Assembly (NCBI GenBank): GCA_934476235.1
Contig: CAKSNL010000001.1
Location: 44,497-108,496, forward strand
DNA from: an uncultured Clostridia bacterium
GTDB taxonomy: Bacteria; Bacillota; Clostridia; CAKSNL01; HGM11501
Reading direction: 5' to 3'
DNA length: 64,000 bases
Positions within the stretch are counted from its first letter, which is position 1. Each line of letters opens with the position of its first letter. The translations under genes were made by a program, and so were the position numbers. A model generated the notes under the pieces. It saw nothing but the letters and a program-made list of their open reading frames with translations, did not search any database and had not been told where the DNA came from. Below, piece after piece: positions 37,084-47,545 of this stretch.

Positions 37084-38590
37084 TTTCCGCCTGTCCGCCT
37101 TTCTTTTCTCTTTTGATTATGTGACCCATAACGCCGCTTAATGCCAAAAGAACGATGTACACCGCGCCGCACGCCGCTATCGGAACCAAGAATGTGACAT
37201 ATCCGTGTGTAAAGCCGGGGCTGAACGCATTGAACAAAAGGTATATAGCCACTGCCGCCGCACCGCAGAGCACGGTCTTTACAATGTCGCCAACCGTCTG
37301 CTTATTTAAGTAATTTCCTATTGCGTCCCTCATTTTCACCGCTATAAAAACCGCATACAGCGTTGACAAAAGCGCCGTTGCTCCCGCGGTCATAACCTCC
37401 GCTGCTCCCTTCGGCGCCCAGAGCTTTATACCGGCGTTTAAGATGACATTTGATATGATGACCGCGAGCGTTCCCGAAACGGTGTATTTATATTCGCCCG
37501 AAAGGTACAAGACCTTGTTGAAAAGCTCCTGCGTCGTGTAGCCCAGTATCGAGAGCGTATACATTAAAAATATCACCGCGACGGCGGAAGTTGACTCGCT
37601 CGTAAACGCTCCGCGCTCGTATATGAGCCTTATGACATCGCTTCCGAAAAATGCGACTACCAAAATAAACGGAATAAATATCGCCGTCATTATGTTTATA
37701 ATATAGCCGACTAAGTCTTTAACATAGTCAAGCCTTCCCTCCTCGTAATTTTTCGATATGGACGGGAAAACGACCGTTGACATCGCCACTATAAACACAC
37801 TCGAAATTGTTATAAAAAGGTTGGATGCATAGTTAAAGGTTGACGCCATGCCGGGCGACGAGCTGACGAACGCCCTGTCAATATATATGCAGAGCTGAAA
37901 CATCATGTTGGATAAAAATATCCAGAGTATCTCGGGGTTTTTATTCTTCGCCGAAGCCGGAGAGCCGCCTCTTCCGGCAAACGTATATCCGTGCTTATAA
38001 AACGCCGGAAGCTGAACGGCGATATGTAAAAACCATCCGAAGGTGGTGACCGCAGCGACAGACAGTATAGACACGTTTTTTATAAACAGTGCAATTATAA
38101 GCACCGCATTAAAAGGCAGGCTCATGACCGATGTGATGAAGTACGCCTTCTTATTCTGCAAAAGTCCCGAAATGATATATGCTATAACAACGAACAGAAG
38201 CGACGGCGCCATGATATACATCATTTTTACCGCCAGCAAATAATCGTCCCCCGATATCTCGGGCAGAATTATTTTTACGATGGGACCCGAAAAAAGCGCC
38301 ATTAAGACAGCCGCCAGGGAAAGATACAGAGCGCTTTTTCTTAAAAAGTGGGCTGCATAGCCTTTTTCGTTTCCCGCGTTCTCCGCCTTATTCAAATTTT
38401 TTATAACAAGCGTTGAAAGCGCCACGCCTATCCCTGTGAATATAAGATTGACAAGTCCGAATACCTGAAAATATATGTCAGCCTCCACGCCTGTGCCGAA
38501 AACCCCCGCAAACACCATGTCGCGGTAAAAGCCAAGCCCTTTGGCAATAAGTATGCCCAAAACTACCAATATATAAGCACTGCCTATCAT
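37067..38590 (-). CDS. MurJ/MviN-like polysaccharide flippase (MOP superfamily)
   Basis: The RDMVFAGVFG motif near the N-terminus and 14 predicted TM segments. A strong RBS AGGAGGAG precedes the start. Confidence 0.75.
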   Translation of the reverse strand: MIGSAYILVVLGILIAKGLGFYRDMVFAGVFGTGVEADIYFQVFGLVNLIFTGIGVALSTLVIKNLNKAENAGNEKGYAAHFLRKSALYLSLAAVLMALFSGPIVKIILPEISGDDYLLAVKMMYIMAPSLLFVVIAYIISGLLQNKKAYFITSVMSLPFNAVLIIALFIKNVSILSVAAVTTFGWFLHIAVQLPAFYKHGYTFAGRGGSPASAKNKNPEILWIFLSNMMFQLCIYIDRAFVSSSPGMASTFNYASNLFITISSVFIVAMSTVVFPSISKNYEEGRLDYVKDLVGYIINIMTAIFIPFILVVAFFGSDVIRLIYERGAFTSESTSAVAVIFLMYTLSILGYTTQELFNKVLYLSGEYKYTVSGTLAVIISNVILNAGIKLWAPKGAAEVMTAGATALLSTLYAVFIAVKMRDAIGNYLNKQTVGDIVKTVLCGAAAVAIYLLFNAFSPGFTHGYVTFLVPIAACGAVYIVLLALSGVMGHIIKREKKGGQAENEEKN

Positions 38591-38772
38591 ATAACTCCTC
38601 CTTTTTCAGTGCGTCATCTTTTTAAGAATCCGTTTCAGCATAAAATACGCATTATACTTATTTTATACCATATTAATATATTAGTCAATCATTTCCTTAA
38701 TTTTTTTATTGCAAAATACCCTTTTTGGTATTAGAATATAGATATACACTCAGAAAGAAAGGACTAAATATA

Positions 38773-41484
38773 ATGATGAAGAAACTATCTGCTCTTCTTG
38801 TCGCTCTCGTAATTTTATCGACCGGCATATTTGCCTCCGAGATCTACAGGACAGAAGAAGTCATCCCGATTGCGGACGGTATCACTTTAACAAAGGTACG
38901 GAGCTTTTATTCCGATCATAATTTAAGCTATTCATATATAAAGGCGGATCTTAATAACGAGAATGTGGGGCTCCGCCTCCTGACACCGTACACAGGGACG
39001 GACTCGCTTGACACCGTCGGTAACATCGCCTCGTCGTATCCCGGGACGGTCGCAGCGTTAAATGCTGACTTTTTCTCCACGGTCAAAAGCGGAAAGGCGC
39101 TTTCGCTCGGTATTGAGATACAGGACGGGCACCTTTTGCAGTCGCCGATAAATCCCGATACTATGGCAACGGTATATGAAAAAGACGGCGTGGTCGATAT
39201 GTCCTATCTCGGCTTTAACGTGATGGTTGTGGCGCCGAACTGGGAATACGCCCCCATTGCGCACATAAACAAGCACACCGCCTACTACGGCGCGATATTG
39301 ATGTACACAAAGGACTTTAACGGAGGATACTCCCCCGCTCCCGGCGGCGAGGTGCTGGAGGTCGTTGTCGAGGACGGAATGATAAAGGAATTCAGGCGCA
39401 ATATGCCGCCGGTCCAAATCCCCGAGAACGGCTGCGTCTTAGTCGTTTCGGAAGGCTCCACCATGTTTTTCGCCAATAATTTCGCGGTCGGCGATCCGGT
39501 CAAGTTCGATTACTATGTTACTCCGGACATTTTATCGTCCGACACGGCGTTCGGCGGAGGCGCCATGCTCGTTTCCGACGGCAAAGTTGTCACCGGCTTT
39601 TCGCACGTCATCTCGGGCTATAACCCGAGAAGCGCCATAGGCATAGATGAAAGCGGAAAAACGGTATACCTGGTCGCAGTGAACGGCAGAACGAGCGAGA
39701 GCCGCGGCATGACGATGAGCGAGCTTGCCGCGCTCATGGCTGACTTGGGCTGCTACAAAGCCGTGAATTTGGACGGCGGCGGCTCCACAAACATGGTAGC
39801 CTCCACCATATGGGCGGAAAAGATACACACGGTGAATAAACCGAGCGAAAACAGGCGCGTTGTTAACGCGGTCGGTCTTTCATATTCGTCAGAGCCCGGC
39901 ACGCCTTCCGGCATCGCGCTTGAGGCGGACGCAAGCTCCGTTTTCATCGGGCAGTCAGCAAAAATTTCCTATGCCGTATATGATGAGCATAAGCGCCCCG
40001 TATCGGGAGACGTCACATGGTTATCAGACGGCGGAGAGGTCGCGGGCGGCTACTTTACCGGTACTGTCGGCGGGAACGCATTGATCCGCGCCGAATCGGG
40101 CAGCGCTTCGGGCGAGCTTAACATTTTCGTGATCGACAAGATCGCCGGAATCGAAACGGAGCGCACAGTCTCCCTTTCTCCCGGCGAAAGCGCGGATATT
40201 CCGATAATCGTGTATGACTTCGAGGGGCACAGGTGCTCCGTTTATAACTATGAGCCCTTCTCATTTGACACAACCGATCCGTCGGTCGCATATGCAAAGG
40301 ACGGCGTTATCCACGCGGTCGGAAACGGCAGCGCGGTAATCTCGGTATCAAAGGACAGTGCCGTATCTTATATCGGCGTCACCGTCGGCGCCGCTCCCTA
40401 TGACTATACCGAGGATTTTGAAACTGCCTCCGGCGAATTTTCCTCCTACCCGGCATATGTCGGAGGGGACTGGTCCCTTTCAAATGAATTTTTCCGCTCC
40501 GGCTCATCGTCCGGCAGACTTTATTATGACTTTACCGCGGATACCGACGATACGAAGGCGGCGTACTTTTCCCTTTCTTCACCCGTAAGATTATCGGATG
40601 ACGAAAGCTCCGTTTCCGTATACGCGAAAACTGGCGAGGGCTTTTCCCACTCGCTCAAAGCGCTTTTAACCGACAAAAACGGCAAGGCGCTCTATGTCGG
40701 ATTCAAAAAGACGGAGGACGGCGACTTTGCCCGTTACACTGCCGATATCCCGGCGGACGCGGCGCGCCCCGTTACACTTTCCAAAATATACGTTGCCGCA
40801 CTCTCCGGCGAGGAGAAGGACGAAGGATATGTTTATTTTGACGACCTTTCCTTCCGTGCCGCAGAAAGCGCGCCCCTTCCCTATGTTCCGAAAAATGTGT
40901 ATGACGACCCGGCAGAGTCCGACGGCGCGGGAAGGACCTTCTCTGTAGGCGCAGTTAAAAACAGCGGAACGCTCCTTTCAAAGCTTGCGGCGGAGAAAAT
41001 GACATCCGCACTTTCCGGCTCCTCTGCCTTTGCCCTCTTCGGAAGCGACAATTCATCTGCTGTGAACAAGCGAAATACTTTTTATAAGACTGAGGACGAG
41101 GACGCGCTTTATATAAGTGTCAACTCAGGCTCGGGCGGAATCAGAAAGGCGGACTCTTCACAGTGGGACAAGATTTTGTCCTCGGTAAGCTCCACCGGTA
41201 AAAAGAACATCTTCATTCTTTCCGAAACTCCGGTCTTATCTTCGGACAGCTTCGAAAACGAAGCGGCAACAGGATTTTTCTCAAAGCTTTCACAAAGCGG
41301 TAAAAACATATTTGTAATAGAGCACGGAAGCGTTGATTCTCTCAAAATAATTGACGGGGTGCGCTATTTCACCCTTGCGGACACGGCTGAAAATGCGGCA
41401 ACGTCAACCAAAATCAATAATTATTCATACCTTGAATTTTCATTCGGAAGCAATGTGACCTACCGCGTAAAGCGCGTTTTTTAA
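38773..41484 (+). CDS. Secreted phosphodiester glycosidase family protein (NAGPA-like domain) with C-terminal Ig-like/carbohydrate-binding-like domains
   Basis: Signal peptide MMKKLSALLVALVILSTGIFA and the NLDGGGSTNMV signature of the phosphodiester glycosidase family. Confidence 0.7.
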   Translation: MMKKLSALLVALVILSTGIFASEIYRTEEVIPIADGITLTKVRSFYSDHNLSYSYIKADLNNENVGLRLLTPYTGTDSLDTVGNIASSYPGTVAALNADFFSTVKSGKALSLGIEIQDGHLLQSPINPDTMATVYEKDGVVDMSYLGFNVMVVAPNWEYAPIAHINKHTAYYGAILMYTKDFNGGYSPAPGGEVLEVVVEDGMIKEFRRNMPPVQIPENGCVLVVSEGSTMFFANNFAVGDPVKFDYYVTPDILSSDTAFGGGAMLVSDGKVVTGFSHVISGYNPRSAIGIDESGKTVYLVAVNGRTSESRGMTMSELAALMADLGCYKAVNLDGGGSTNMVASTIWAEKIHTVNKPSENRRVVNAVGLSYSSEPGTPSGIALEADASSVFIGQSAKISYAVYDEHKRPVSGDVTWLSDGGEVAGGYFTGTVGGNALIRAESGSASGELNIFVIDKIAGIETERTVSLSPGESADIPIIVYDFEGHRCSVYNYEPFSFDTTDPSVAYAKDGVIHAVGNGSAVISVSKDSAVSYIGVTVGAAPYDYTEDFETASGEFSSYPAYVGGDWSLSNEFFRSGSSSGRLYYDFTADTDDTKAAYFSLSSPVRLSDDESSVSVYAKTGEGFSHSLKALLTDKNGKALYVGFKKTEDGDFARYTADIPADAARPVTLSKIYVAALSGEEKDEGYVYFDDLSFRAAESAPLPYVPKNVYDDPAESDGAGRTFSVGAVKNSGTLLSKLAAEKMTSALSGSSAFALFGSDNSSAVNKRNTFYKTEDEDALYISVNSGSGGIRKADSSQWDKILSSVSSTGKKNIFILSETPVLSSDSFENEAATGFFSKLSQSGKNIFVIEHGSVDSLKIIDGVRYFTLADTAENAATSTKINNYSYLEFSFGSNVTYRVKRVF

Positions 41485-41504
41485 AAAAGATTAATAAGAC
41501 CGCG

Positions 41505-41538
41505 AAAGAGGGGCTTGCCTTTTGGCAAGCCCCTCTTT
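41505..41538. terminator. Bidirectional terminator (AAAGAGGGGCTTGCC/GGCAAGCCCCTCTTT)
   Basis: Perfect 15-bp stem between convergent genes. Confidence 0.85.
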
Positions 41539-41549
41539 TTAACATATAA

Positions 41550-42263
41550 CTATCTTACCTTGATGCTTTCCAAAACCTCTCCGACCTTATCGTGCGAAAC
41601 AAAGTTTGCGATATTGTCGATCGGCGTCGAGTCCTTATTGATAAGCGCCAGATACTGCCCGTGAAAGTATCCCAAAAGCCCCGCCGCGGGATACACCGTG
41701 AGCGATGTTCCGGCAACGATCAAAAGATCCGCCTTCGCGATATGCCAAATCGCACCGCTTACCACGTCATCTGACAGTGCCTCATCATAAAGCACCACGT
41801 CGGGCTTTATCACGCCCCCGCAGGAGCAGGTCGGAATTCCCTCGGAATGTAACATAAAGTCCGCATCGTACATTTTGCCGCACTTTGTGCAGTAGTTTCT
41901 CTCCACGCTCCCGTGAAGCTCGTAAACATTTTTGCTTCCCGCCTTCTGATGAAGCGAATCTATATTCTGCGTTATTATCGCTTTAAGCTTGCCGGCTTTT
42001 TCAAGCTCGGCAAGCTTTTTATGCGCCGCGTTCGGCAAAACACCGGGATTCAGCATTTTCCCGCGGTAATAGTCAAAAAACTCCTTTGTGTGCTTTTCAA
42101 AATAACCGTGGCTTAAAATAAACTCGGGCGGGATGTCGTTTTTCTCGTTATAGAGCCCGTCCTTGCTCCGAAAGTCCTTTATTCCGGACTCGGTACTGAC
42201 GCCGGCACCCCCGAAAAAGACAATGTACTTACTCTGATCTATCATAAGCTGAAGCTTGTTCAT
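41550..42263 (-). CDS. cobB: NAD-dependent protein deacylase (sirtuin, CobB family)
   Basis: GAGVSTESGIKDFRS Rossmann motif and a Cys4 zinc site (CTKCG...CSCGG). Confidence 0.85.
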   Translation of the reverse strand: MNKLQLMIDQSKYIVFFGGAGVSTESGIKDFRSKDGLYNEKNDIPPEFILSHGYFEKHTKEFFDYYRGKMLNPGVLPNAAHKKLAELEKAGKLKAIITQNIDSLHQKAGSKNVYELHGSVERNYCTKCGKMYDADFMLHSEGIPTCSCGGVIKPDVVLYDEALSDDVVSGAIWHIAKADLLIVAGTSLTVYPAAGLLGYFHGQYLALINKDSTPIDNIANFVSHDKVGEVLESIKVR

Positions 42264-42274
42264 TTTATCATCTC

Positions 42275-42307
42275 CGAAAAAAATTACGGGCGGGAGATCC
42301 CCGCCCG
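42275..42307 (-). terminator. Hairpin CGGGCGGG-AGAT-CCCCGCCCG with a T-run on the minus strand, downstream of tagO
   Basis: Inverted repeat seen in the sequence. Confidence 0.55.
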
Positions 42308-42313
42308 CTGTAT

Positions 42314-43348
42314 TTATTGTTCTTCTTTTTTCATTCTGCCCCAGTAACGGAACACCAAAGCGCCGATAACGCCCAGAACCGCAATGATTATTGCAAGAAG
42401 CTTTGACTTAAACGACAGTACCGCGACCGCGCCGAGAATCACACATATAGCGTAAATAATCAGCACCGCCTGCTTGTGGGAAAAGCCCATATCCACCAGT
42501 CTGTGGTGAAGATGCCCCCTGTCCGGCGACATGATCGGTCTGTGCTCACGGAGCCTTCTGAAAATGGCAAAGCTCGTGTCAAATATCGGAATACCGAACG
42601 CGATGAAGGGTACGGCAAACGCGATTATCGTGTGAACCTTAAACAGTCCAAGAACAGAAAGCGAAGCCATCACAAAGCCCAGAAACGTCGATCCCGTATC
42701 GCCCATGAATATGGAAGCCGGGCTGAAATTATACGGCAGAAATCCGGAGCATGCGCCCACAAGAGCCGCGCACATTACCGCGATTGCATAATCTCCGCGC
42801 ATAAGCGCTATTAAAAACATCGAAAACGACGCTATCGCCGAAACACCGGCGGCGAGCCCGTCCAGCCCGTCAATCAGATTCACCGCATTTGTCAGCGCGA
42901 CTATCCACAATATCGTAATGGGATAGGAAAGCCAGCCGAATTCGATACCGCCGCTTTTTAAGAACGGCAGCATAATCCGTTCGATCCTCACCCCGGCGAT
43001 GACCGGAATCGCCGCCGCTGCTATCTGAAACACAAGCTTAAACTTTGCGCTAAGCGCATACTTATCATCAAACACACCGAGCACTACCATTATAAGCGCG
43101 CCCGCCAAAATAGCGGCAACTTTTAAGTCAACCTCGGTAAACACCACCGTTGACACCAAAAATCCCAAAAATATTGCAAGACCGCCGATAAGCGGAACGG
43201 AATCGGTGTGCATTCTTCTTTTATCCTTCGGAATATCTATAGCGCCGATCTTCTTTGCAAGCTTTTTCACAAAAGGCGTTGACAAAAAAGCCAGCAAAAA
43301 CGCGCATACAAACGACAGAAGGATCTTTACCGTATCAGTCAATTTCAA
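42314..43348 (-). CDS. tagO: Undecaprenyl-phosphate N-acetylhexosamine-1-phosphate transferase (GT4 MraY-like, TagO/WecA)
   Basis: Polytopic protein with the DDxxD-like region VLGVFDDKYAL and the NAVNLIDGLDGLA motif. Confidence 0.8.
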   Translation of the reverse strand: MKLTDTVKILLSFVCAFLLAFLSTPFVKKLAKKIGAIDIPKDKRRMHTDSVPLIGGLAIFLGFLVSTVVFTEVDLKVAAILAGALIMVVLGVFDDKYALSAKFKLVFQIAAAAIPVIAGVRIERIMLPFLKSGGIEFGWLSYPITILWIVALTNAVNLIDGLDGLAAGVSAIASFSMFLIALMRGDYAIAVMCAALVGACSGFLPYNFSPASIFMGDTGSTFLGFVMASLSVLGLFKVHTIIAFAVPFIAFGIPIFDTSFAIFRRLREHRPIMSPDRGHLHHRLVDMGFSHKQAVLIIYAICVILGAVAVLSFKSKLLAIIIAVLGVIGALVFRYWGRMKKEEQ

Positions 43349-43353
43349 TCCTC

Positions 43354-44349
43354 CTATCGTGCGATAAATCCAAGTTTTTTGTAAACCTTGTTAAGCGTCT
43401 TGTCCGCAACGTACGACGCGGTCTTCGCGCCGTTTTTGTATACGGATTCGATGTAGTCTTTGTTCCTGCTGATGTCTTCGTAACGCTCTCTTACGGGGCG
43501 GAGCATTTCGATGACCGCCTCCGCCGTCTTTACCTTAAAATCGCCGTAGCCCGCGCCGGAAAAACGCGAAACCGCGTCCTCAATGCTCTCGCCGGTTGCA
43601 ATGGAGTAGATCGAAAGGAGGTTATTTATTCCGTCCTTCCCCTCTTTATACTCGATCTTAGCGTCCGAATCCGTCACCGCGCTCTTAAACTTCTTCATTA
43701 TAACCTCGGGCGGATCAAGCACCGCTATGCTTCCCTTGGGGTCGGACTTGCTCATCTTGCTCGTAGGATCGGTAAGGCTCATTATCTTTGCGCCCACCTT
43801 CGGAATTACCGCCTCGGGGATCTTAAAGACCTCGCCGTAGACCCCGTTGAACCTCTTGGCTATCGTCTGCGTTAATTCAAGGTGCTGCTTCTGGTCGATT
43901 CCGACCGGCACCTTGTCCGTCTGATAAAGCAAAATGTCCGCCGCCATTAGCGTGGGGTACGTGTAAAGCCCCGCATTGATATTATCCGCGTGCTTTGCGC
44001 ATTTATCCTTAAACTGCGTCATCCTCGAAAGCTCGCCCATATAGGTGTAGCAGTTTAAGACCCATGCAAGCTGCGCATGAGCCGGAACATGGCTCTGGAA
44101 ATAAATAAGGCTCTTCTCGGGATCCAGCCCGCACGCCAAATAAAGCGCCATAAATTCCATGCATCTTTTCCTAAGCGTTGCCGGGTCCTGGCGCACCGTT
44201 ATACAGTGCTCGTCAACAACGCAAAAGCAGCACTCATACTCATCCTGCATCAAAAGCCAGTTTTTAACCGCTCCCAGATACCCGCCGAGCCCAAGCTCGC
44301 CTGACGGCTGAATGCCGCTGAAAACTCTCTGTTTTTTCTCTTCTGCCAT
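43354..44349 (-). CDS. trpS: Tryptophan--tRNA ligase
   Basis: HIGH-like segment SGIQPSGELGLGGYLGA and a KMSKS motif. Confidence 0.9.
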   Translation of the reverse strand: MAEEKKQRVFSGIQPSGELGLGGYLGAVKNWLLMQDEYECCFCVVDEHCITVRQDPATLRKRCMEFMALYLACGLDPEKSLIYFQSHVPAHAQLAWVLNCYTYMGELSRMTQFKDKCAKHADNINAGLYTYPTLMAADILLYQTDKVPVGIDQKQHLELTQTIAKRFNGVYGEVFKIPEAVIPKVGAKIMSLTDPTSKMSKSDPKGSIAVLDPPEVIMKKFKSAVTDSDAKIEYKEGKDGINNLLSIYSIATGESIEDAVSRFSGAGYGDFKVKTAEAVIEMLRPVRERYEDISRNKDYIESVYKNGAKTASYVADKTLNKVYKKLGFIAR

Positions 44350-44363
44350 AAAAATACCCTTTC

Positions 44364-45575
44364 TTATATGCTCTTTAAAACATCGCCCATTGTCTTCATT
44401 CCGCTCTCAATCTGATTAAGAGTGGGCGTCGAATAGTTAAGTCTGAACATATTGCATTTTTTATCGATATCGACCATCGCGGTGGCGCCGGGCACGAAAA
44501 CGACCTTGTGCTCCACGCAGGTCTTCATGATCTCTTTCGTATCAACATCCGAATCGAACTTGCACCAGAGGAAGATTCCGCCCTCGGGCGTCGTGTGAGT
44601 GATGTTTTCGGGGAAATATTTGTCTATGCAGTCAATCATAAGGGCGCACTTTTCCCTGTACATATCAATGCTCTTTTTAATGTGCGCGTCAAAGTCATAT
44701 TCCGTGATGAATTTATAGACCATCATCTGCGTAAGGCACGGGGTGTGAACGTCCGACACCTGCTTGCAAACGACCATTCTGTCAAATATATCGTTTCTCA
44801 TAATGCCGTAGCCTATTCTCATGCCGGGCGAAATGAGCTTGGAATATGAGCTTGCGTAAATAACTCTTCCCTCTTTATCCATCGACTTGATGGTGGGAAT
44901 GTCGTCCCCCGAAAATCTCAGCTTCCCGTAAGGATTGTCCTCAAGTATATAAAAATCATACTTTTCCGCCAGCTCTAAGACCTTTTTTCTCTTTTCAAGG
45001 CTCATTGTGATGCCTGTCGGATTCTGGAACGTCGGAATCGTATATAAAAGCTTTATCTTTTCCTTTTTTGCCAGCTCTTCAAGAGCATCGGTATCCAGCC
45101 CGTCGTCCAAAACTTCAATCCCAACAAGCTTTCCGCCGTATGAGCGGAGCGCGTTAAGACCGCCTATAAAGCTCGGCGCCTCGACCGCGACAGTGTCCCC
45201 CTCGTTTATAAGGCTCTTGGCGCAAAGGTCTATCACCTGCTGACCGCCGGTCGTGATAAGGCACCCGTCGCCCTCTTTCATTATTCCCTCTTTTTTCATT
45301 TCCTCGCTTACGAATGTGCGAAGAGGCGCATACCCCTCCGTCACCCCGTACTGAAGCGCGGCAGTTCCGTGTTCCTTTAATATCTCATCGGCAAGGCGCG
45401 CAAGAACTTCGTTCGGGAATATCTCTGACGAAGGATTCCCTCCCGCAAACGATATTATATCGCTCTGCCCGACCATCTTGAATATCTCTCTTATAGCGGA
45501 AGCCTGAAGCGGCTTTACTCTTTCCGCGATAAAATCTTTACTCATAATATAAGACCTGCCTTTCTCATATACCAT
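44364..45575 (-). CDS. PLP-dependent aminotransferase class I/II
   Basis: Fold-type I motifs (SYSKLISPGMRIGY has the Lys). The start may instead be the internal MSKDF at 45545. Confidence 0.75.
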   Translation of the reverse strand: MVYEKGRSYIMSKDFIAERVKPLQASAIREIFKMVGQSDIISFAGGNPSSEIFPNEVLARLADEILKEHGTAALQYGVTEGYAPLRTFVSEEMKKEGIMKEGDGCLITTGGQQVIDLCAKSLINEGDTVAVEAPSFIGGLNALRSYGGKLVGIEVLDDGLDTDALEELAKKEKIKLLYTIPTFQNPTGITMSLEKRKKVLELAEKYDFYILEDNPYGKLRFSGDDIPTIKSMDKEGRVIYASSYSKLISPGMRIGYGIMRNDIFDRMVVCKQVSDVHTPCLTQMMVYKFITEYDFDAHIKKSIDMYREKCALMIDCIDKYFPENITHTTPEGGIFLWCKFDSDVDTKEIMKTCVEHKVVFVPGATAMVDIDKKCNMFRLNYSTPTLNQIESGMKTMGDVLKSI

Positions 45576-45639
45576 AATATTTTACCACAATTAATAAAAT
45601 TTGTAAAGCACAATTTAAAAGAGGGTACGGCGGCTTTTC

Positions 45640-46374
45640 TCAGCGCACCTCCTTCGGCGTTTTTCCCGTTACATCAAAAAACACCTTCCGGAAATAATTT
45701 GACGATGAAAAGCCGACCCTTTCGCTTACCTCCTCCACGGTCATATCGGTATGCATCAAAAGGTCAAGCGCATTCTGAATCATAATATTATGCTTGTAAG
45801 AGATCGGGGTGACGCCCGTTGCCGATTTAAACAGCTTGAAAAGCCCGGAGCTGCTCATGTGGCAAAGCCCGGCGAGCGTATCAATCGTCACCGGCATATT
45901 GTAATTGCTCTCGATATAGTCAATTGCCGGGCGGACCGCCGTTTTCCCGGAAAATACCGGTTCCTTTGCCATGCGCTTATAAAGCTCTGAAAGCAACCGG
46001 TAAAGGTGCGAAACCGAAATATAAATATCATCGGAATTATACATTTCATCAAGCAGTCTTCCCGGATAGCCTCTTACTATCTGAAAGCGATATTCATAAA
46101 AACTGTACGGCTTGACAAAGGAAAAATGCACTGAATAAAACTCTATCCCGGGAGTCCCGGACCATACCGAATAATATTTCGTCCCTTTTGCAATGTAAAT
46201 GAGATCTCCCTCCTTTGCAAAATAGCTTTTGCCTTTATAAAGGAACTGCGCATTTCCCTTTTTGATATATCCGATACACGGATTTTCAAAATCAAGCACA
46301 GAGCCTACCGTGTGCGTACGGCTGAACTTTGCAACATTACATTCGTACGATGAAATAAGCGTGTCCGTTTTCAT
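45640..46374 (-). CDS. AraC-family transcriptional regulator (cupin plus HTH)
   Basis: C-terminal AraC HTH. A GGAGG RBS sits 7 nt upstream of the ATG at 46374. Divergent from the dehydrogenase operon. Confidence 0.8.
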   Translation of the reverse strand: MKTDTLISSYECNVAKFSRTHTVGSVLDFENPCIGYIKKGNAQFLYKGKSYFAKEGDLIYIAKGTKYYSVWSGTPGIEFYSVHFSFVKPYSFYEYRFQIVRGYPGRLLDEMYNSDDIYISVSHLYRLLSELYKRMAKEPVFSGKTAVRPAIDYIESNYNMPVTIDTLAGLCHMSSSGLFKLFKSATGVTPISYKHNIMIQNALDLLMHTDMTVEEVSERVGFSSSNYFRKVFFDVTGKTPKEVR

Positions 46375-46522
46375 AAAAACCTCCGTTTTGCCTTTCTTCG
46401 GCGCGCCGACAGTAACTATCGTCACTTTTTACAGTATCGTGGTGTTTTTATACAGTATATTATATTTTATTTGCCTTGTCAATGCGTTATAATGGTGAAA
46501 ACAATATACGGAGGTGTGTGAT

Positions 46523-47545
46523 ATGAAAAATCCTGAGATAGTGTTTACAGACGTAAATACAGCAAAGCTTTTAGACTCTGAGGACCGCGAACTTCTTGAA
46601 AACGAAGTCAGAGTCAAAACGGTTATCAGCATGATCAGCCCGGGAACCGAAAGAGCAAACATAACCGGCAATCCGAACGTTAGCATAGCGTCAAAAGAAA
46701 ATGAAAAAGCCGTATTTCCGAGATATTCCGGCTACAGCAGTGCCGGAACCGTCACGGAAGTGGGCGAAAAAGTAACCTCTGTCAAGGCGGGCGACAGAGT
46801 GGCTATGTACCAGAGCCTTCACAGGCTCTATAATATATTGCCCGAAAGAAATGTTGTGAAAATAGAATCTGACGATATTTCTTTTGAGGAAGCTGCCATC
46901 TGCCATATCGGCAGTTTTCCTCTGGCTGCAATCAGAAAGACGCGTGTTGAAATAGGCGAATCGGCTCTTGTAATGGGGCTCGGAACCCTGGGACAGCTTG
47001 CGGCGGCTTATTTTCATGCGGCAGGGGCTCTGCCCGTCATCGCCGCCGACCCTTTGGAAAGCCGCAGAAACAAGGCGCTGAAATTCGGCGCAGACTATGC
47101 CCTTGACCCTGCAAATGAAGGCTTCTGTGATAAAATAAAGGAACTGTCCGGCGGCGGAATCAATGCTGCGGTTGAGGTTACCGGGCTCGGAATCGGGCTT
47201 GACGAATGTCTTGACTGCATGGCAAAATTCGGACGCGTGGCGCTTTTGGGCTGCACGAGAGACAAAAACTTTACGATAGATTATTACAGAAAGGTGCACG
47301 GACCGGGAATAAGCTTAATCGGTGCCCATACTGCGGCAAGACCCGAAAACGATTCATATCCGGGATATTTCACTCACCGCGACGACATAAAGTCGCAGCT
47401 TAAGATGATTGCGATGAAAAGGGTCAATCTTAAGGCGATGATAGACGAGACCCATTCCCCCGCCGAGTGCACAGAGGTTTACAGCCGTTTGGTAAAAGAA
47501 AAAGATTTCCCGACGTTTGTTCAGTTTGACTGGAGGAAAATATGA
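46523..47545 (+). CDS. Medium-chain dehydrogenase/reductase family oxidoreductase
   Basis: Rossmann motif LVMGLGTLGQLAAAYF with a GroES-like N-domain. A GGAGG RBS lies upstream of the ATG at 46523. Confidence 0.7.
   Translation: MKNPEIVFTDVNTAKLLDSEDRELLENEVRVKTVISMISPGTERANITGNPNVSIASKENEKAVFPRYSGYSSAGTVTEVGEKVTSVKAGDRVAMYQSLHRLYNILPERNVVKIESDDISFEEAAICHIGSFPLAAIRKTRVEIGESALVMGLGTLGQLAAAYFHAAGALPVIAADPLESRRNKALKFGADYALDPANEGFCDKIKELSGGGINAAVEVTGLGIGLDECLDCMAKFGRVALLGCTRDKNFTIDYYRKVHGPGISLIGAHTAARPENDSYPGYFTHRDDIKSQLKMIAMKRVNLKAMIDETHSPAECTEVYSRLVKEKDFPTFVQFDWRKI

Noticed and set aside
43354-45640. Looked for a T-box leader upstream of trpS
   Set aside because: trpS begins 14 nt after the aminotransferase stop, so there is no leader here. 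Only 65 nt separate the aminotransferase start from the AraC gene, which leaves no room for a T-box.
46691-47299. 202-aa minus-strand ORF
   Set aside because: It is antisense to the MDR dehydrogenase gene and has no RBS or recognisable motifs. Rejected for the same reason as other long antisense ORFs, such as 56884-57690 opposite the SGNH gene and 9054-9581 opposite nhaC.
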